This document shows, in pieces, positions 9,000-16,788 of a DNA stretch of 64,000 nt; positions within the stretch are counted from its first letter, which is position 1; the number at the start of each line of letters is the position of its first letter. Position numbers and translations under genes: made by a program. Where the stretch lies: the NCBI GenBank assembly GCA_035940855.1, contig DASZEM010000025.1, positions 8,067 through 72,066 of the forward strand, given 5' to 3'. The DNA is from Thermoanaerobaculia bacterium. Its GTDB lineage: Bacteria; Acidobacteriota; Thermoanaerobaculia; Multivoradales; UBA5704. Under the pieces are notes generated by a model, which was given only the letters and a program-made list of their open reading frames with translations, had not been told where the DNA came from and searched no databases.

Positions 9000-9775
9000 T
9001 CCAGACCATCGACCACGGTCCCGTCCGCGAGCTGCGGCTCGACCGGCCGCCGGCCAACGCCCTGTCCCCCGAGCTGATCGCCGCCCTGCGCGAGGCGGTC
9101 GAGGGGGCACCGGGCGCCGGAGCCCGCGCGCTGGTCCTCTCCGGTTCGCCCGGCCGGTTCTCGGGCGGCTTGGACGTGCCTCTCCTGATCCAGCTCGACG
9201 CGGCGTCGATCGCGGCCACCTGGAGGGATTTCTACCGTCTGATGAGCGCTCTCGCGGGCTCGCCCATCCCCGTGGCGGCGGCCATCACGGGCCACAGCCC
9301 GGCCGGCGGCGCCGTGCTGGGAATCTTCTGCGATACCCGGATCATGGCTCAGTCACCGGAAGGGGACTTCAGGATCGGCTTCAACGAGGTGCAGGTGGGA
9401 ATCCCCCTGCCGCCCATCATCTTCCGCGCCTTCCGCCGGCTGGTGGGGCCGCGCCAGGCCGAACGGCTCTCCGTCAGCGGCCAACTGATCTCCGGAACTG
9501 AGGCCTACGGGATCGGCCTCGTGGACGAGCTCGTGCCCGCCGGCCGGGTGGTGGAGCGGGCCGTCGAGTGGTGCAACGGCCTGCTCGCCCTGCCGCCCCA
9601 GGCCCTGGCCATCACCCGCCAGACCGCCCGGGCCGATCTCATCGCTTTGTTCAACGAGACCGAGGGCGAGCTGGCGGGGCTGGTGGACATGTGGTTCAGT
9701 GACGAGACACAGACGGTGCTGAGGTCGGTCGTGGAGCGGCTGACGAAGAAGCCCTCGCCTCCCCGATCGGCTTGA
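8996..9775 (+). CDS. Enoyl-CoA hydratase/isomerase family protein
   Basis: RLDRPPANAL, FSGGLD, GHSPAGGAVL, IGFNEVQVG, GLVDE motifs; ATG overlaps pnkp stop (ATGA). Confidence 0.9.
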   Translation: MIQTIDHGPVRELRLDRPPANALSPELIAALREAVEGAPGAGARALVLSGSPGRFSGGLDVPLLIQLDAASIAATWRDFYRLMSALAGSPIPVAAAITGHSPAGGAVLGIFCDTRIMAQSPEGDFRIGFNEVQVGIPLPPIIFRAFRRLVGPRQAERLSVSGQLISGTEAYGIGLVDELVPAGRVVERAVEWCNGLLALPPQALAITRQTARADLIALFNETEGELAGLVDMWFSDETQTVLRSVVERLTKKPSPPRSA

Positions 9776-10586
9776 AGAACGCCTTCCTCACCCCGGCGAG
9801 GACGAGGAGCGTCAGGCCGAAGGTGGCCACGATCGCGGCGCCCGTCGGCAGGTCCATGAGGAACGACAGGGCGACGCCGCCGGCCGAGACCACGGCGCCC
9901 ATCGTCCAGCCGATGGCGAGGCGCGCCCACAGGCGCTCGGCGAAGAGCATCGCCGTCACCGAGGGCACGATCAGGAAGCAGAAGACCAGGAGCACGCCCG
10001 CGATGGCGACCGAGGAGGTCACCACGAAGCCGAACGAGACGTAGAACAGGAAGTCCCAGAAGCGGACGTTCAGGCCCTGCCGCTCGGCCTCCTGCTCGTC
10101 CATCGAAATGAGCAGGAAGCGCTTCCGGAAGATGTAGTGGAAGAGGCCGACGGCCGCATAAAGGACGGCCGTCTTCGCCAGCTCCGGCCAGGTCACCGAG
10201 AGGATGTTGCCGACCAGCATCTCCTTCAGGTGCTCGGTCTCCTGGGTGGCCTTCGACATCACCAGGATGGCGACCGCCGCCGACACCGCGTAGACGATGC
10301 CGATCACCGCCTCCTGGGGGATGCGGGTCTGCCGGTGCACGCGCGACAGGGCGAAGATCGCGGCCCCCAGGAAGGTGAACCCCAGCGAGTAGAGGTAGGC
10401 CGTCGTCGAGTGGAGATCGTTGCCGAGGAGATAGGCCACGGTCGCCCCCAGGGCGGCGATCTGGGCCAGCGAGAGGTCGACGAAGATCACCCCGCGCTCG
10501 ACCACGTGGACGCCCAGATAGGCGTGGATGCCGGTCAGGATCAGGCTCGCCACGAAGGCGGGCAGGAGCAGTTGGAAGATGGTCAT
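9696..10586 (-). CDS. Metal (Zn/Mn) ABC transporter permease
   Basis: Multi-TM protein; LGVHVVERGVIFVDLSLAQIAALG, ISMD...AE..G, AGVLLVF..LIVP (ZnuB-like). Confidence 0.9.
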   Translation of the reverse strand: MTIFQLLLPAFVASLILTGIHAYLGVHVVERGVIFVDLSLAQIAALGATVAYLLGNDLHSTTAYLYSLGFTFLGAAIFALSRVHRQTRIPQEAVIGIVYAVSAAVAILVMSKATQETEHLKEMLVGNILSVTWPELAKTAVLYAAVGLFHYIFRKRFLLISMDEQEAERQGLNVRFWDFLFYVSFGFVVTSSVAIAGVLLVFCFLIVPSVTAMLFAERLWARLAIGWTMGAVVSAGGVALSFLMDLPTGAAIVATFGLTLLVLAGVRKAFFKPIGEARASSSAAPRPTSAPSVSRH

Positions 10587-10595
10587 TTCTTTCCC

Positions 10596-11516
10596 CTATT
10601 TCTTTCCTTTCATGGCCGCCACGAAGGCGTCGATGTCCGCGTCGAACAGCGAGAAGTAGTCCTTGATCGCCGGCGTGCCGCCGACCGACGGGTAGAAGAC
10701 CACCACGGCGGCCCCCGTCTTGCCCGCGATGTAGTCCGGCGTCTTGCGGTCGAAGTAGGGCTCGACCAGGATCACCGGCACCTTCTGCGACTGGATCAGG
10801 TTGATGGTCTCCAGCGTGTGCGTGGGCGACGGCGGGATGCCGGGCTTGGGCTCGACGTGGCCCACGATGTTGAGCTTGAACGCCTTGGCGAAGTTCGGCC
10901 AGGAGTCGTGGAAGGTGACGATCTTCGTGCCCGCGTAGGGAGCCATCCTCGCCCCCCACTCCGCCTGCTTCTGGGTCAGGCGCTGCTCGAAGGCGGCGAG
11001 GTTCTTCTGATAGGTGGCGGCGCCGGCCGCGTCGAGCTGCGACAGGCGGCCGGCGATGGCCCGCGCGACCACCCGGCCGTTCCCGGGATCGGTCCAGTAG
11101 TGCGGGTTGCCGTAGGGGTGGACGTCGCCCATGGCGCGGGTGACCTGCCCCGCGGGCCGCTGGAGGATGTTGCAGCCCACGGAAGCGTCCAGGTAGCCGG
11201 GGTTGCCGGGGTGGATCTTGCTGTTCCGGCTCTGGTCGATCATCGGCGGCAGATAGCCGATCTCGAGCTCCAGGCCGGCCACGATCAGCAGGTCGGCGCG
11301 CGAGAGCTGGAGCACGAAGGACGGCTTGGCGTCCACGAAGTGCGGGTCCTGGTAGCCCTTGGCGAGGGCGAAGGTCTCGACCCGGTCGCCGCCGATCGCC
11401 TGGGCGATCGAGGACAGGTCCTGGAGCGAGGTGACGACGCGGAGCTTGGCCTCGGCCGCGGAGCTGAAGCTCGCGAGCGCGGCGAAAGCCAGGACGACGG
11501 AAAAGATGCGTTTCAT
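10596..11516 (-). CDS. Metal ABC transporter substrate-binding protein
   Basis: Signal peptide; QDPHFV, GNPHYW, TFHDSW, VEPKPGIPPSPTH (ZnuA/TroA cluster). Confidence 0.92.
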   Translation of the reverse strand: MKRIFSVVLAFAALASFSSAAEAKLRVVTSLQDLSSIAQAIGGDRVETFALAKGYQDPHFVDAKPSFVLQLSRADLLIVAGLELEIGYLPPMIDQSRNSKIHPGNPGYLDASVGCNILQRPAGQVTRAMGDVHPYGNPHYWTDPGNGRVVARAIAGRLSQLDAAGAATYQKNLAAFEQRLTQKQAEWGARMAPYAGTKIVTFHDSWPNFAKAFKLNIVGHVEPKPGIPPSPTHTLETINLIQSQKVPVILVEPYFDRKTPDYIAGKTGAAVVVFYPSVGGTPAIKDYFSLFDADIDAFVAAMKGKK

Positions 11517-11529
11517 GGCGTACCTCTAT

Positions 11530-12885
11530 CTAGAAGGGATGGGCCCCGTGGGCGCCGATCGCGAATTGGAGTTGGAGGAGGAGCTCGTTGGCGTCCTCGT
11601 CGGTCAGGCTGTAGTGGCGGCGCCGGAGCTCGGCCCGGAGCTGGGAGAACTCGCTCGGCCAGAACGTCAGCAGGGCGGCCTTGCCGGTGTCACGCCGCGT
11701 CTCGTCGTCGGCGTGGTCGGCCGCTTCGAGGCGGGCGCCCACGAACCAGCGCCGGGCGAGCTGGTAGTCGCCCGAGACGTACCAGCCGACCGCGTTCTGA
11801 TCGCCTCCCGGCTGCTCGCGGCGGCTCCGGTACACCTCGCCGCGCAGGATGGCCGAGCGGTAGCTGCCGGTCTGCAGCGGCTTCCAGCGGTAGGTCAGGT
11901 CCAGGCCTTCGAGGCGGGTGTCGGCGTCCTCCTCCGTGCCGTTGGGACCGAAGCCGTAGGAAAGCCCCAGATCCAGGTTGCTGGCTTCCGTCAGATCGGC
12001 GAAGACCCGGTAGTGGCCGTTGTAGGAGAGATCGCCGCGGCGCTCTCCCTCGAAGAGCCCCTCCGCCTGGCCGCGGAAGACCTGCAGCGTGCCCTCGGTG
12101 AAGACGTCCCCCACCGGGAAGAGCCGGGAGACCGAGGCGCCGGTGGCGATCCACCCCTCGTCGCCGCCCAGGAGGTTCACCACCGGCAGCGGCTCGTCGG
12201 GCCAGGGCAGGACGTGGAGGTGCAGGGTGTTGACCTTGCCGAACGAGGTCCGGATGCGGCCGACCTTGGCCAGCAGGCCCGCCGGGAGGGCGGTGAACGT
12301 GATGAAACCCTCTTCGACGTCGACTCCCTCTTCTCCGAAGGAGAGGAAGAAATCGGCGCGCGCGTAGGGATCGACGATCGCCTGAAGCCCCACCTCGGAT
12401 TCGCGCAGCTCCGTGGCCGGGAGGTTCTCTGTGTGGTTGCGGCCGGCGACGGCGAGGAAGTTGCCGATCACCGACATGCTGGGATTGAAGTAGTTCGAAG
12501 TCTGCCCCCCCTCGCCGCCGCCCCCGCCAGTCCCTGGCTCGGCCGGAGCTTCTGCTACGGCCGTGGGCTCGGCGGGCGGGACGGCTTCCGGCGCCTGGGC
12601 GGTCTCCTGCGGGGGCGGCGGGGGAGCCGTCTCCTCGGGGAGGGCCGGGGGAGCCTGTCCTTGGGCAACCTGCAGGTCGGCCAGACGCTTTTCGAGATCG
12701 GAGATCCGCTGCTCGTAATCGGCCCGGAGCGCCTCGATTTCCTTGCGCAGGGCGGTCACGGCGTCGTCCGGCGGCGGCGTCTGCGGCTCTTGCGCGCGCG
12801 CGGCGGCGGGCACGAGCAGGCAGAAAACCGTGCACGCTCCCAAAATCCAACAGCGGGCGCTCGCGGCCCGCGAATCGGTAGACAT
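11530..12885 (-). CDS. Outer-membrane beta-barrel protein of metal uptake operon
   Basis: Signal peptide, coiled coil and Pro-rich linker, alternating beta-strand pattern, C-terminal LQLQFAIGAHGAHPF; GGAGAGG RBS before MSTDS. Confidence 0.75.
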   Translation of the reverse strand: MSTDSRAASARCWILGACTVFCLLVPAAARAQEPQTPPPDDAVTALRKEIEALRADYEQRISDLEKRLADLQVAQGQAPPALPEETAPPPPPQETAQAPEAVPPAEPTAVAEAPAEPGTGGGGGEGGQTSNYFNPSMSVIGNFLAVAGRNHTENLPATELRESEVGLQAIVDPYARADFFLSFGEEGVDVEEGFITFTALPAGLLAKVGRIRTSFGKVNTLHLHVLPWPDEPLPVVNLLGGDEGWIATGASVSRLFPVGDVFTEGTLQVFRGQAEGLFEGERRGDLSYNGHYRVFADLTEASNLDLGLSYGFGPNGTEEDADTRLEGLDLTYRWKPLQTGSYRSAILRGEVYRSRREQPGGDQNAVGWYVSGDYQLARRWFVGARLEAADHADDETRRDTGKAALLTFWPSEFSQLRAELRRRHYSLTDEDANELLLQLQFAIGAHGAHPF

Positions 12886-12944
12886 TGGGGTCCTCTCCAC
12901 GAAGCAGCCTCCGCGCTCCATGCGCCGGAGGGTGAAGCTTCACG

Positions 12945-13331
12945 CTACGCGGACAGGGAGACCGGAGGGGCTCGGGCGGGGCCGAAAAGGGTGACGTCCC
13001 GGGAGGAGAGGCGCACCGCCGAGGCGGCCGCGTGGACGTCGCGCGCGAGCGGCGGGATGGGGATGGGGGGCTGGCCGAGGACGGTCCGGGTCTCGAGCTG
13101 CAGCAGGCAGGCCACGCAGCCCGGGTGGACCTTCATCTCCGCCGGCTCGAGGTGGGCGGGATCGCCGGGGTGGACGGCGCTCTCGGCGATCTCCATCCGG
13201 GAGACCGCGCCCGCCCGGTCCGCCGCCATGTCGTGCGGCGTCACTCCCTCGGACGCCAGCCCGAGGCAGGCGGCGATCGCGAAGATCACGCGCCACCAGG
13301 CGAGCGGTCCATGGGCGTTGCGGGCGTTCAT
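12945..13331 (-). CDS. DUF2946-like leader protein with CxxC and C-terminal RAPP motif
   Basis: Hydrophobic N-terminus, HPG..H, GCVAC, Pro-rich linker, ends GPARAPPVSLSA; directly upstream of the OM protein gene. Confidence 0.75.
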   Translation of the reverse strand: MNARNAHGPLAWWRVIFAIAACLGLASEGVTPHDMAADRAGAVSRMEIAESAVHPGDPAHLEPAEMKVHPGCVACLLQLETRTVLGQPPIPIPPLARDVHAAASAVRLSSRDVTLFGPARAPPVSLSA

Positions 13332-13424
13332 CACCGGTGTGTCCCTCGACACCTCTCCATGGTATCAGGCGACACGTCCTCGGCAAGAGGGAACAAGCGG
13401 GAAGGGGCTCGGGATTCCGGGCCG

Positions 13425-13904
13425 CTAATCCGGTCCGGGGATACCGCCGGCGATCGACGCCACGATCGGGACTCCGACGAAGGGAAAGTGCCCGATCAGT
13501 TGGACCCACCAGCGCGGGTTGATCGTGGGCGGGCGATGCAGCAGCAGAGGAATGACCGCCAGCGACATCACCAGCCAGATGAAAGGTCCATACACCGAAG
13601 CGGCCTTGACCACTCCATACCGCGAGCTGAGCACGCGGCGGATCCGGGCCGAGCGCAGGACGAGGAGCAGAAAGACGGCGGACCACCCGAACGCGACCCC
13701 GAAGTGCATCAGAACGCCGATCAGGGCCGGTTTGGTTCCCCCGCCGATCGCCTCCTTGCCCAGGAGCGTCGAGGCGACGCCCTGCCAGAGCCGCGTCACC
13801 GTCGAGCCGTAGAAGGCGACGCTCAGGACGCTCGAGAAGAGCCCGTCGGTGACGCCGGTCAAGAGACCGGCGCGCACGAGCCGGGACCAGGGATCTCGGA
13901 TCAT
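13425..13904 (-). CDS. Integral membrane protein (four predicted TM segments)
   Basis: GLLTGVTD, WQGVASTLLG, GVLMHF, YGPFIWLVM..AVIPL; start reset to MIRDPW. Confidence 0.7.
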   Translation of the reverse strand: MIRDPWSRLVRAGLLTGVTDGLFSSVLSVAFYGSTVTRLWQGVASTLLGKEAIGGGTKPALIGVLMHFGVAFGWSAVFLLLVLRSARIRRVLSSRYGVVKAASVYGPFIWLVMSLAVIPLLLHRPPTINPRWWVQLIGHFPFVGVPIVASIAGGIPGPD

Positions 13905-13956
13905 GCGGGGAATATAGTACAGGCGCCCCCTTCCAAAGGGCTCCGCCCCCCGCGGC

Positions 13957-14073
13957 AATGATGATGAGGTTGAGCAGGGGCTTGGGCGTGAGGAGCAGGC
14001 GGCTCTGGAAGGTCCGGGTGGTGACCTCCACGAGTGCGCCGCCTTCTGGGATGAAGCGAAGAGGTCGGGCCAT
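13957..14073 (-). pseudogene. N-terminal remnant of an IS200/REP-associated tyrosine transposase
   Basis: MARPLRFIPEGGALVEVTTRTFQSRLLLTP resembles Y1_Tnp/RAYT N-termini; similarity ends after 39 codons, no HUH motif follows. Confidence 0.55.
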
Positions 14074-14165
14074 GGCGGGGCCGCCGTGGAGCAAGGGCCT
14101 GGCCGATCCTGAAGAGGGAAGCTAAAGCATCTGGGTCAGGCGGCCAACCTCGCGGGCTTTCCGGT

Positions 14166-15395
14166 TCACCGCCGCACGATTCTGCCGCGGAAGCCCACGG
14201 GCATGGGCACCGCGGCGAGCATCATGCGCACAGACTCCGGCTCCTCCACCTCCAGGCGATAGCGGGTCAGCATCAGGTGGCAGAGCAGGATCAGTTGCGT
14301 GGTGCCCAGGCTCGCGCCAATGCATGCCTTGGGCGCCCAGCCGAACGGGACGTAGGAGGCACGGGGGCAGGGGCCGTGTTCCTCGTCGAGCAGCCAGCGG
14401 TCCGGGTCGAAGACGTCGGGATCCTTCCAGTGCCGCGGGTCGTGATGGATAAGGTACGTGCTGAGGAGATACCGCTGGCCAGGCTCGAGGTTTACGTTGT
14501 CGAGGCGGATGCCCGTGCGCACCGGCCGGGTCATGAACACCGGCGGGCTCCAGATGCGCAGGACCTCCTTCACGAAGCGGTGCGTCTCCGGGGCCGACTG
14601 CGTGGGCGAGCCGTACAACCGCTCCAGGGGCAGCGGCGCAAGCTCGGCTGTCAGGCGCGCGGCCCAGTCGCTCCGACGGGTCAGCTCGTACAGCAGGCTC
14701 GCGGCGGCGGCACCCGGGGGCCCGGCGATGGCGGTCAGCACCGTGGTGACCGCGTCCACCGCGCGGTCCACGCCGAGCTCCGGCAGCAGGTCGACGATCG
14801 GATCGGTCAGGTCGAGCCGGCGTGGCCTGTGGCCCCTGGCGCGGTCGCGAAGCTCGCGGCGCACCGCGTTTCCCGCGCGGATCTGGATCCAGATCGAGCG
14901 GATCTCCTTCCAAATCGACTCGCCGTCGGACTGGGTGCGCACCAGCCGCGCCAGCTTGAAGTCCTGATCTCGCAGGATGTGCGCCCGGTCGGCCGGCGGC
15001 AGCCCGTCCACGACCGTGGGCAGGAGAGCGCGCGTGCACACCTGCTGCGTCGCCCATGTCATGTCGAGAAGCCGGCCGAGTCGCTCTTCAATCAGGCCGC
15101 TCATGCGTTCGGCGAGCTGCCCCACCCCCTCGGCGTCGGACAGGCGCCGGAGCTGCGTGATCAGCGCCGAGCGCACCTGCTTCCAGGAGACCGGAGGGCC
15201 CTTGCGTCCCCGCACCACGTCAGCGAGCTTGTCGGGCAGGGTCAGGTCGCCGAAGTTGATTGCGTTGACCTTCTGAGCGATCTCGGGATCGAACACGGCC
15301 AGCTCGCCTTCGGGGGTCCAGAAGACGCCGCCTTCCGCGAGGCTCCGGGCGCGCATCTCGGTAACGAACTCAACTTCCTCGGGTGCTCTGTCCAT
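14166..15395 (-). CDS. Cytochrome P450 (P450-1, downstream of precursor)
   Basis: ExxR (KEVLR), FDPDRW, heme motif FGWAPKACIG; GGAGG RBS before MDRAPEE. Confidence 0.92.
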   Translation of the reverse strand: MDRAPEEVEFVTEMRARSLAEGGVFWTPEGELAVFDPEIAQKVNAINFGDLTLPDKLADVVRGRKGPPVSWKQVRSALITQLRRLSDAEGVGQLAERMSGLIEERLGRLLDMTWATQQVCTRALLPTVVDGLPPADRAHILRDQDFKLARLVRTQSDGESIWKEIRSIWIQIRAGNAVRRELRDRARGHRPRRLDLTDPIVDLLPELGVDRAVDAVTTVLTAIAGPPGAAAASLLYELTRRSDWAARLTAELAPLPLERLYGSPTQSAPETHRFVKEVLRIWSPPVFMTRPVRTGIRLDNVNLEPGQRYLLSTYLIHHDPRHWKDPDVFDPDRWLLDEEHGPCPRASYVPFGWAPKACIGASLGTTQLILLCHLMLTRYRLEVEEPESVRMMLAAVPMPVGFRGRIVRR

Positions 15396-15413
15396 GCGTC
15401 CTCCGCAAGGCGC

Positions 15414-15444
15414 GGCCGGAGGGCAAAACCTCCGCCCTCCGGCC
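15414..15444 (-). other. Stem-loop immediately 3' of the precursor-peptide stop
   Basis: Perfect 11-bp stem GGCCGGAGGGC / GCCCTCCGGCC with 9-nt loop, no U tract. Confidence 0.7.
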
Positions 15445-15454
15445 TTCGAACGAC

Positions 15455-15544
15455 TCAAATGTGGTGATAGAAGTACCACCAATATTCACGATCCCTACGC
15501 CGGACGGCCAGGGCCGTTAGGACGGCGCGCGCGATCTTGGCCAT
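15455..15544 (-). CDS. Putative RiPP precursor peptide MAKIARAVLTALAVRRRDREYWWYFYHHI (29 aa), below the ORF-track cutoff
   Basis: ATG 15544, TGA 15455-15457; AAGGAGGT Shine-Dalgarno with 7-nt spacer; 8 consecutive aromatic residues in the C-terminal core; sits between two P450 genes. Confidence 0.85.
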   Translation of the reverse strand: MAKIARAVLTALAVRRRDREYWWYFYHHI

Positions 15545-15568
15545 GTGACTCACCTCCTTTCTCCTGGT

Positions 15569-16711
15569 TCAAGGCCGATGCGGGTGCAGGCCCAGCGTGA
15601 ACCGGGGTGGCGCGAGCGCCGGGCCCATGCTCGGCCGGGTGTCCCGGGGCGCGACGGTCAGCTCGTGGCCGTCGAGTAGGATCTTGAGCACGTCCTCGAC
15701 GAGCTGGATGGAGAGCGAGCCCGCGACGCACGTATGCGGGCCCCATCCAAACGGAATGAACGCCTGCAGGTCGGGAGAGGCGGCCCAGCGCTCGGGCCGG
15801 AAGCTCTCGGGATCGTCCCAGTAGCGCGGGTGCCGGTGCACCAGGTAGGGGCAGACGACCACGACATCCTGCGGTGTGACCTGGACGCCCGCCACCTCGT
15901 GGGCTCGGGTGGGCTGACGCCCCAGCATCCAGGCCACCGGCCAGAGCCGCAGCGCCTCCAGCACGATCCACGCCGGCGGCGCATCAATGCGCGGATTTGT
16001 GCCCAGCAGCCAGACCGACCAGCCGAGCACGAAGCCGACCGAGCCGCCGATCGAGAAGACGAACGACAGGAACACCTCGGCCAGTTCCGAGGACAGCGCG
16101 TCCGGCCCCGCTCCCTGGACCACCACGTCGAGCAGGTCGGCTGGCTCGCCGCCGCTGCGCGCTCTCCGCTCCTCCACTGCCCGCACGAGCGCACGCTCCA
16201 CCTGAAACCGGAACACCGCCCGCCGCAGACGGGAGTAACGCTGGCGCGCCCCGGCCAGCACCGCGCGCTCCAGAACCGCGTCGATCGTCCTGCGCAGCGG
16301 AGCCGGGCTGTCCGGCGAGAGCAGGGCATCCGCGAGATGCTGGTAGAGGAGTCGGTTGCCGGCGTCGGGCCACTCGCTCGACGGCGCGAGCCGCCGCACG
16401 GACTCCTCCAACTCGCCCGCATGGGCGCGCAGATAAGAGCGCAGCAGCATTCGCGCTGAGCGGCCGATCTGGATCTGCGCGGAGCGCGGACCGAACACAC
16501 CGCGGCGCGTGTGGAAGAAGTCGGCGTGCTCCTCGTACAGCCCGTCGCCGTTGATCAGCACGGCACGAGCCGCCGCCGGCTCCGCAACACAGAGCTGCCG
16601 GCCCGGCAACCAGAAGGCGTCCCCCGCGGCCGGGAACGCCCGATCGAGATACCCAGCCGGATCGCGGTGGAACGCGGCATCCAACTCTCGTTTGAACATC
16701 ACGAAACCCAT
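15569..16711 (-). CDS. Cytochrome P450 (P450-2, upstream of precursor)
   Basis: ExxR (LEALR), FRPERW, heme motif FGWGPHTCVA; start uncertain (16750, 16711 or 16699). Confidence 0.9.
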   Translation of the reverse strand: MGFVMFKRELDAAFHRDPAGYLDRAFPAAGDAFWLPGRQLCVAEPAAARAVLINGDGLYEEHADFFHTRRGVFGPRSAQIQIGRSARMLLRSYLRAHAGELEESVRRLAPSSEWPDAGNRLLYQHLADALLSPDSPAPLRRTIDAVLERAVLAGARQRYSRLRRAVFRFQVERALVRAVEERRARSGGEPADLLDVVVQGAGPDALSSELAEVFLSFVFSIGGSVGFVLGWSVWLLGTNPRIDAPPAWIVLEALRLWPVAWMLGRQPTRAHEVAGVQVTPQDVVVVCPYLVHRHPRYWDDPESFRPERWAASPDLQAFIPFGWGPHTCVAGSLSIQLVEDVLKILLDGHELTVAPRDTRPSMGPALAPPRFTLGLHPHRP

Positions 16712-16788
16712 CGGCCGTGGACCCTTCGACCCACAGCATGCACGGTTCATAATATCTAGGTGCTCAGAAGAAAAAGGACGGGACACCC

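Noticed and set aside
12940-14094. 384-aa ORF starting with a transposase-like N-terminus
   Set aside because: Similarity stops after 39 codons; the rest is an off-frame read through two other genes
15421-15430. GGGCAAAACC resembling a c-di-GMP-I riboswitch start
   Set aside because: Wrong strand for the operon, no second hairpin, fully explained by the stem-loop
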